Shown: positions 25,140 through 30,698 of the stretch, one piece after another | Numbering within the stretch: position 1 is the first letter of the stretch | Layout of the letters: each line of letters begins with the position of its first letter | DNA from: Thermoprotei archaeon | GTDB lineage: Archaea > Thermoproteota > Thermoprotei_A > Sulfolobales > Ignisphaeraceae | Direction: 5' to 3' | Assembly: GCA_003661865.1 (NCBI GenBank) | Contig: QMWY01000001.1 | Location: forward strand, 1-30,698 | Length of the DNA stretch: 30,698 nt | The notes under the pieces: model-generated | Told to the model about the DNA's origin: nothing | Database searches by the model: none | Seen by the model: the letters and a program-made list of their open reading frames with translations, nothing else | Made by a program: the position numbers and the translations under genes

Positions 25140-25613
25140 TTGAGCTGGCTAAGCATCGTAAAGTCCGTAGTAGAGGGATGTATGCCCGTATTAACGAAGG
25201 AGGAGGTTCGCGAACTCGGCAGAAGCATAACAGCTATGCTCCTCTGGTGTTCTAGGCCCGGGGCTATAGAGGGCGTGTGCACGCGCTTCTTCAGCATCGT
25301 CAAGGAACTGATCACTGTTCTTCATAACTCTAGGGTTCCTTGGCATGGCGCAGAGGGAGAGGGTGTTGATGCCTCGTTCCTGAAGAGGGTGTCAGAGATC
25401 ATCAGAGAGTACTACGAGGCTTTGCTAACTTCGATCAGCGACTCAGAGCGCAATGTGTACATAGAGATCGTGAGGAGTTTTGAGTACAAGGGCAAGAAGT
25501 ATCCGAGGGGGTACAACACCTTCATTCCCTTGGAGGACGCTGTTCTACTTAGCTCACTCGGGCTTGTAAGGGTGCTGCGGATACCAGGGCTTCTTGAAAA
25601 GATAAGGCTTTAA
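25140..25613 (+). CDS. gins15: GINS complex subunit Gins15
   Basis: Helical N-domain plus C-terminal B domain (VYIEIVRSF...[21 protein letters not shown]). Sits between priS and rpl44e in the conserved PCNA-PriS-Gins15-L44e-S27e-aIF2alpha-Nop10 cluster. Confidence 0.72.
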   Translation: MSWLSIVKSVVEGCMPVLTKEEVRELGRSITAMLLWCSRPGAIEGVCTRFFSIVKELITVLHNSRVPWHGAEGEGVDASFLKRVSEIIREYYEALLTSISDSERNVYIEIVRSFEYKGKKYPRGYNTFIPLEDAVLLSSLGLVRVLRIPGLLEKIRL

Positions 25614-25647
25614 ACCTATTCTACACCGATTGGTTACGGTGTGGCTA

Positions 25648-25926
25648 GTGAAGATCCCGAAGACCATAAGGACCTACTGCCCTCGATGTCGCACGCACAC
25701 CATACATACAGTGACGATATACAAGCACGGTAAGAGAAGGACGCTGGCTGAGGGTCAGCGGCGCTATCTGAGGAAGCAGGAGGGGTACGGCTCTAAGCGT
25801 AAGCCTGAGCAGAAGAGGTTCGCTAAGGTGACCAAGAAGGTCGTTCTCAAGCTCAGGTGTACACAGTGCGGATACATACAGCATAGACGCGGGATCAGGC
25901 TCAAGAAGGCTGAGCTAGTTGGGTGA
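25648..25926 (+). CDS. rpl44e: 50S ribosomal protein eL42 (L44e)
   Basis: [13 protein letters not shown]...[30 protein letters not shown] 25648. Confidence 0.97.
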   Translation: MKIPKTIRTYCPRCRTHTIHTVTIYKHGKRRTLAEGQRRYLRKQEGYGSKRKPEQKRFAKVTKKVVLKLRCTQCGYIQHRRGIRLKKAELVG

Positions 25927-26132
25927 GCGCCTTGGTTAAGAAGAGGAAGATACTCATACCAGAGCCTAAGAGCAGGTTCGTGCGCGTAAAGTGTCCGAAT
26001 TGCGGTAATGAGCAGGTAGTGTTCGACCACGCAACCTTTCCAGTGCGATGTCTTGTCTGCGGAACACTGCTCATGAAGCCCACGGGCGGTAAGGCCAAGA
26101 TCCTCGGAGAGATAGTGAAGATTCTTGGCTGA
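25923..26132 (+). CDS. rps27e: 30S ribosomal protein eS27
   Basis: [23 protein letters not shown]...CLVCG...PTGGKA. Confidence 0.97.
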   Translation: MSALVKKRKILIPEPKSRFVRVKCPNCGNEQVVFDHATFPVRCLVCGTLLMKPTGGKAKILGEIVKILG

Positions 26133-26188
26133 GCAGTGCAACAGCGATTTTTAGATTCTTTAAGGCTACATGCTACCACCAGTTAAGG

Positions 26189-27025
26189 GTGGGCATCTTG
26201 TCATCCCTGATATTCAAACGTAAGGACCTGCCAGAGGCAGGAGACCTAGTCGTGGCTAGGATCACGAAGGTGTTTGAGTACGGCGCCTACACAACTCTTG
26301 AGGAGTTTGAGAACCTGTCAGCATTCATACCCTGGAGCGAGGTCTCGACGAGGTGGGTTAGAAACATACGCGATCTTCTGAGGGAAGGTCAGATAGTCGT
26401 AGGCAAGGTGATAAGGGTTGATAAGAGGAAGAGGCCTCCGCAGATCGATATATCGCTCAAAAGGGTAACGGATGGCGAGCGCCGCGCTAAGATGATGAGG
26501 TGGAAGCGTGACCAAAGGGCCCAGAAGATAATTGAGCTTGCTGCTAAGAAAGCGGGGAGGTCCTTAGAAGAGGCGCGGAGGGAAGTGTGGGAGAAGCTAC
26601 GTAAGAAGTTCGCAGATGTCTTATCCCTGCTGGAGCAGGCGGTTATTCAGGGCCCAGGCGTTCTTAAGGACGCTGGCCTAAGTGATGACTGGGTCAAGAT
26701 AGTTTACGAGGAGGCGCTTAGGCACATAGAGATAAAGCGGATCAAGATTCGTGGAGTTGTAACTGTCCAGAGCTTAGCACCTGACGGCGTTCTAAGGATA
26801 AAGGAGTTCCTCAAGAAGCTAGGCAGTGTCAAGCCTCCCAATAAGCATACAAGTATAAAGATCTACACAATAGGCGCGCCAAGGTATGTAATCGAGATAA
26901 CCTCTATAGATTACAAGACCGCTGAGAAGTACCTTAAGAAGGTTCTTAACACAGCAGAGAGACTGGTTAAGGAGCTAGGCCTTGAGAATTACAGCTTCAC
27001 GAGAACAGAGGTTGGGCGTGCATAG
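26189..27025 (+). CDS. aIF2a: Translation initiation factor 2 alpha subunit
   Basis: LPEAGDLVV, YGAYTTLEEF, FIPWSEVSTRWVRNIRD, IDISLKRV, IYTIGAPRY. Exact start uncertain (26189 or 26198). Confidence 0.96.
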   Translation: MGILSSLIFKRKDLPEAGDLVVARITKVFEYGAYTTLEEFENLSAFIPWSEVSTRWVRNIRDLLREGQIVVGKVIRVDKRKRPPQIDISLKRVTDGERRAKMMRWKRDQRAQKIIELAAKKAGRSLEEARREVWEKLRKKFADVLSLLEQAVIQGPGVLKDAGLSDDWVKIVYEEALRHIEIKRIKIRGVVTVQSLAPDGVLRIKEFLKKLGSVKPPNKHTSIKIYTIGAPRYVIEITSIDYKTAEKYLKKVLNTAERLVKELGLENYSFTRTEVGRA

Positions 27026-27027
27026 GC

Positions 27028-27219
27028 TTGAGGTGGCTTATGAGGAAGTGCCCTCGCTGCGGGAGATACACGTTAAGTGATGTCTGTCCCGTATGTGGTG
27101 CAAGGACGGTCTCCGCACATCCACACCGTTTCTCGCCCGAGGATCGCTTCGTGCACTACAGGGTGTTGGCGAAGTACGGAGACCTTATCAGGAGGCTTGC
27201 CAGTACTAGGTCCAGATGA
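27028..27219 (+). CDS. nop10: H/ACA RNP protein Nop10
   Basis: WLMRKCPRCGRYTL..VCPVCG..T.SAHPHRFSPEDRF..YR. Confidence 0.95.
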   Translation: MRWLMRKCPRCGRYTLSDVCPVCGARTVSAHPHRFSPEDRFVHYRVLAKYGDLIRRLASTRSR

Positions 27220-27844
27220 GACCGCTGCGCGTTATGATAAATCTTTTTCTAGCCTTACCCGGTCTCTCAACAACCAATTCCTTAACTGATGCAGATACCG
27301 TGCTTAGCCTCGCAACACCATCAACCCACTGAAGGAGGTACTTGAAACCGCTGGGCTCTATATCCTCAGCACCCTCTCGTACCTGTGCAGTTACCACAAC
27401 ACAGGCGTCGTACTCCTCCGAGATCTTACGTAGAAGCGCTAGTGTCGAAAGGAACAGTCTTAGGTTCTCGAAGGTGCCTGCTCCCATCCTATAAAACCTG
27501 TTGACACTATCCACAACCAGAAGCATAGGCACAGGGCCTTCTACAAGAATCAGTGTTAACAGGTCTAGAAGGTGCTCAGCCGATATCGCCTCTGCGAAGT
27601 AGGCATGCCCTTCCTCGATCCCTAGCTCAGTAACTCTATCTGCATACGCACTCCCCTCAGTGCTTATGTACACAGCAGGTCCTAGACACCTTGAGAAGAG
27701 CTTGAGCAAGGCTAAGCATAGATTTGTTTTTCCGCTAGCCGCCTCACCGTAGACCAGCACCAGCTGGGGCTTGCTAAGGAATACTTCTAGGAAAGGACAA
27801 CGCCTGAGCTCCCCATAGCAAACATCAGCCGAGAACCGATTCAT
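27206..27844 (-). CDS. RecA/RadA-family ATPase, RadB-like (no N-terminal HhH domain)
   Basis: Walker A VYGEAASGKT, YISTEG, Walker B LLVVDSV, VVVTAQV. Start at ATG 27844 or GTG 27850/27847, inside the sRNA. Confidence 0.8.
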   Translation of the reverse strand: MNRFSADVCYGELRRCPFLEVFLSKPQLVLVYGEAASGKTNLCLALLKLFSRCLGPAVYISTEGSAYADRVTELGIEEGHAYFAEAISAEHLLDLLTLILVEGPVPMLLVVDSVNRFYRMGAGTFENLRLFLSTLALLRKISEEYDACVVVTAQVREGAEDIEPSGFKYLLQWVDGVARLSTVSASVKELVVERPGKARKRFIITRSGLIWT

Positions 27845-27875
27845 CACCACGCTCGGGACCCGTGCTACTCATCAC
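27825..27875 (-). ncRNA. C/D-box sRNA overlapping the RadB-like start codon
   Basis: C GTGATGA (27875-69), 12-nt guide GTAGCACGGGTC, D' CCGA, C' GTGATGA (27847-41), 12-nt guide ATCGGTTCTCGG, D CTGA (27828-25). Confidence 0.85.
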
Positions 27876-27889
27876 CTGTAACGGCACTG

Positions 27890-28573
27890 TCACTGCTCCT
27901 TAACTAGGTACACATCACCCTCTTCACGCACCAGCAGCCCAAGCTCCACGAGATTCTCAACAGCCCTTCTGTAGTACCTCTCATCAACCTCTATACCGTA
28001 CCACTCCCTAAACCCCTTCTTGATCTCGTCGTAGCTCCATCTACGCCTCCCTTTCTCCTTGAGCTCTGTGCTAACCATGCGCTTAATGAACTGTGTAACG
28101 TCCTCCAGCCTAGTCCACGGGTACTGGAACCACACCCAGTCCTTAACCTCGATATAGAAGTAATCGGGTCTGAACTTAGCGACAGGGGATATCCACTGGA
28201 GAACGGCAACGCGCAGCTCATCCGGACGCCACTTCTCCTCGATAAACTTCTTAGCCAGTATCACGGACTCTCCAGTATCAACAATATCATCTACGAGCAG
28301 AGCCTTGAGGCCGCGAAGGTCGATCATGTACTCGAACTTTATTATCGCTCTCTCTCCCTTAGCAGCAGCCTCTACCCAGTGCTGTGACTGTATAGAAACC
28401 AGGTTTTCTATACCTAGGAAGTCGCATATCAGCCTCGCAGGTACGTAGCCTCCACGTGCTATCGCTATAACTATATCGGGTTTGTAGCCGCTCTGCCTGA
28501 TCTTCTCAGCTAAACCCCAACTCCACTCGACTATCTCCTCCCAGGTAACGAGCTTTACAGATACTCTAGGCAA
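27890..28573 (-). CDS. Type I phosphoribosyltransferase (probably purine salvage)
   Basis: IAIARGGYVPA, LLVDDIVDTGES PRPP motif, WFQYPW. C-terminal helical extension. TTG start. Confidence 0.9.
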   Translation of the reverse strand: MPRVSVKLVTWEEIVEWSWGLAEKIRQSGYKPDIVIAIARGGYVPARLICDFLGIENLVSIQSQHWVEAAAKGERAIIKFEYMIDLRGLKALLVDDIVDTGESVILAKKFIEEKWRPDELRVAVLQWISPVAKFRPDYFYIEVKDWVWFQYPWTRLEDVTQFIKRMVSTELKEKGRRRWSYDEIKKGFREWYGIEVDERYYRRAVENLVELGLLVREEGDVYLVKEQ

Positions 28574-28670
28574 AAGCGTTCACCTCTTACTAAGACGTAA
28601 CTCCGGATAAAAACCTGATTGACGCTAGGGCATGAATGCTTTAACGCCCCCGTATGTAAATAGCACTAAT

Positions 28671-28747
28671 GGCCCCCAGCGCCGGCCCGCATAAGTGGAT
28701 GAGCGTTACGCGACCATGCGTGCGGGTTCTCTGCGGGGGCCACAGAG
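28671..28747 (+). ncRNA. Single-hairpin H/ACA pseudouridylation guide RNA
   Basis: Lower stem GGCCCCC/GGGGGCC followed directly by ACA (28742-44). Internal pocket, upper stem CCCGCA/TGCGGG, apical K-turn-like GATGA...GA. 15 nt from the upper stem to ACA. TTTAAC TATA-like element at 28640-45. Confidence 0.75.
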
Positions 28748-28795
28748 CTTCGCCTTATAGCCCAGAGCTTTTGTCACTACCTACGGAGACGTGCT

Positions 28796-29440
28796 ATGGG
28801 CGGAGCAGAGGAGGTGATAAACCGCATCATAAATAGCATAGCTCAGGTGCTTACAGAGAAGGACAGCGCCCGGGAAGAGATCATCAGGTTAACACGCGAT
28901 GTGGTGAGGCTATCGCGAAGCGTCGTAAATTCCGTACTTCAAGGGGCGATGGATAGAGCAGCTGCTGTACTTAAGGAACTTGAAAGTATTGTTGAAAAGG
29001 TTAAGCGTGTTGCCAAGCCACATCCAGAGCTTATGTACACGGGTCTTGTGTATAACGCGCTAGCCGAGTTCGTAGAGGCAGAGCTGCTATACCATGTAGT
29101 GGCGAAGAGGAGTCTAGTATCGCCAGAGGAGCTAGAGGTGCATTACATCCCATACCTCCAGGGGCTATGTGACTTCATCGGTGAGATCAAGCGCTATATC
29201 CTGAAGCTCATACGGGAAAAGAGATTCAACGAAGCAGATGAGCTACTACGCATAGCAGAGCACATATTCATGGCTATACAGCCCTTATCCGAGTACCCTG
29301 ACGCCCTCGTTCCAGGCCTGAGGCGAAAGATAGATATCATGAGGAAGGTTCTAGAGGACCTCGAGAAGTTCCTGCTAGACCTGCGCAGCCGTAATGACCT
29401 GATCTCTAGACTTGAACAGGTTAGAAGGCACCTAGTATAG
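28796..29440 (+). CDS. Translin/Trax-family (C3PO-like) ribonuclease
   Basis: AREEIIRLTRDV, ALAEFVEA, YLQGLCDFIGEIKR, GLRRKID. All-helical pattern. Confidence 0.9.
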   Translation: MGGAEEVINRIINSIAQVLTEKDSAREEIIRLTRDVVRLSRSVVNSVLQGAMDRAAAVLKELESIVEKVKRVAKPHPELMYTGLVYNALAEFVEAELLYHVVAKRSLVSPEELEVHYIPYLQGLCDFIGEIKRYILKLIREKRFNEADELLRIAEHIFMAIQPLSEYPDALVPGLRRKIDIMRKVLEDLEKFLLDLRSRNDLISRLEQVRRHLV

Positions 29441-29529
29441 GCGGTAACGCAGCGCGTAAAGCTGTTGCTACAATACGTGCAGCGTTCCCTGCTGGGCGTT
29501 GGGGAGGTGTTGGGTATCCGTCTATTGTT

Positions 29530-29608
29530 TGGTGCGGCGGCCGGGATTTGAACCCGGGATCTCCGGCGTGGCAGGCCGGCGTCCTAGACCAGGCTAGACG
29601 ACCGCCGC
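29530..29608 (-). tRNA. tRNA-Gly (GCC), intronless, CCA encoded
   Basis: GCGGCGG/CCGCCGC acceptor stem, anticodon arm CCGGC-CTGCCAC-GCCGG, T-arm CCGGG-TTCAAAT-CCCGG, discriminator A followed by CCA. Confidence 0.97.
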
Positions 29609-29640
29609 ACAGAGCCATCACAACTCTCTCCAGTGGGGGG

Positions 29641-29648
29641 ATATAAAC
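29641..29648 (-). promoter_or_regulatory. TATA box of tRNA-Gly
   Basis: GTTTATAT on the minus strand, 33-40 nt upstream of the mature tRNA 5' end. Confidence 0.55.
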
Positions 29649-29678
29649 GATTTCCGTGTTTGCGCTATGCCGGTTACG

Positions 29679-30698
29679 CTATAGCCAGTCGTGCTCAACA
29701 GTTGCCCTGCTGGGAACGTCTCTGAATACCCTGACGCCGGGATATATGATTGCGTAAGAGCCTATCTTTACACCAGGCATTATCGAGACGTTCACACCTG
29801 TCTTCACGTACCCTCCTATTATCGCACCGAGTTTTCTCCTACCGCTATCCACCCGCTTACCCTCGATGCTGACCTTTACATTTCTCTCATCGAATCTCAG
29901 GTTTGCGAGTATGGTACCTGCGCCAAGGTTAACGTGCTCTCCGACCACGCTGTCTCCTATATACGCTAGGTGTGCCGCGTGAGCCTCCTCGAACACAACA
30001 CTCTCCTTTACCTCGACCGAGAAGCCTATGCGGCACCCACGGCCTATGACGGAGTAGGGCCTGATGTAGGAGTTCGGCCCTATATCAGCATCCTCGCCTA
30101 TGTAGGCAGGACCCTCGATGTAGCTGCCACCTCTGATCCTAGCCCCCTCCTCCACGATCACGGGGCCCTTAACCGTTGCGGTACCCTCAACCTCCCCACG
30201 TACACTCCTCCCGCCCCACTTAGCCAGGGCAAGTTTGTTAACCTCTATCACTAGCCACGGCACCCCTACATCCATCCACTCATCAGCTCCGAGGTTAAAC
30301 ACCCTGACAACCTCTCCACGCCTAATCACATTCACAATTACGTCTGTAAACTCGTACTCGCCACGAGGAGACAGCTCTAGTTCCTCAACGAGCTCGAGGT
30401 ACTTTCCCGGAACGTAGTAGACGCCCGCATTAGCAAGACCTGGGCCTCGCTCTGCAGGCTTCTCAACAAGTTCCTTAACACGTCCGGACTCGACGACCAC
30501 ACGTGCATACCGGGATACATCATTAACCTCAACAACCCCTAAGACGACCTCCCTCCCCCTACCAAGCTCCATAGCCTTGGCAAGCCTCTTAGACGCTGCA
30601 GGGTCCATGAATAGGTCCCCATAGACTCCGACAGCGTCCTCACCTCCTATTTACCTAAGCGCCCCCTTAACAGCATGTCCTGTGCCCCGCTCGCGGTC
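29679..30698 (-). pseudogene. glmU: Bifunctional sugar-1-phosphate nucleotidyltransferase/acetyltransferase (GlmU/ST0452-like), 5'-partial, with an in-frame TAA
   Basis: EKP, NAGVY, LSPRGEYEFTD, WMDVGVPW, hexapeptide repeats, HLAYIGDS, ANLRFD, GRRKLGA. The frame upstream of ATG 30608 reads DRERGTGHAVKGALR*IGGEDAVGVYGDLFM, with TAA at 30653-30651. The family call is strong. Whether it is a true pseudogene or a sequencing error is unknown. Confidence 0.6.

Noticed and set aside
29441-29608. tRNA-Gly as an integration (att) site
   Set aside because: No duplicated tRNA 3' or 5' fragment, integrase or compositional shift is visible. The flanks are housekeeping genes.
482-30417. Numerous antisense or alternate-frame ORFs in the track (e.g. 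1993..2313, 3285..3845, 5572..6111, 10278..10694, 22628..23158, 25764..26141)
   Set aside because: They lie wholly over well-supported genes, are Ser/Thr-rich shadow translations and carry no motifs.
1-30698. CRISPR arrays, IS elements, rRNA, SRP or RNase P RNA, oriC/ORB repeats
   Set aside because: No regularly spaced repeats, transposase motifs or terminal inverted repeats were seen, and no intergenic space is large enough for the long RNAs.

Overview
Core-genome segment (about 52-55% GC by eye) of a hyperthermophilic crenarchaeon, Thermoprotei and most likely Desulfurococcales, judged from Rpo13, two PCNA paralogues, Ced genes and GGTG-type Shine-Dalgarno motifs. In order: 5' half of rtcB; a degenerate MBL-fold protein; an archaemetzincin/SixA/hypothetical group; an isolated rps19; a seven-gene pyr operon (pyrF-E-B-I-K-C-D); and a small ORF-SPOUT-rpl3-rpl4-rpl23-rpl2 cluster. 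Next come two convergent C/D-box sRNAs; a Ced-type DNA-import module (cedA1, a cedA with a large Cys-containing insertion, and a small membrane gene, with no cedB in the window); a hexapeptide acetyltransferase; an aLhr1-type helicase; rpo13; and PCNA. Then an AbrB-ACT/pseudo-MBL/DUF72 operon; the conserved PCNA-priS-gins15-rpl44e-rps27e-aIF2alpha-nop10 cluster; a RadB-like ATPase whose start overlaps a third C/D sRNA; a PRTase; an H/ACA sRNA; translin/Trax; tRNA-Gly(GCC); and a GlmU-like gene with an in-frame TAA. No CRISPR array, mobile element or intein was seen. The most interesting signals absent from the ORF track are four guide RNAs, a translationally coupled 32-aa ORF, the Ced module next to aLhr1, and an apparent inversion separating rps19 from rpl2. 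Family calls come from motif recognition. rRNA target calls come from recalled conserved sequence and need checking.
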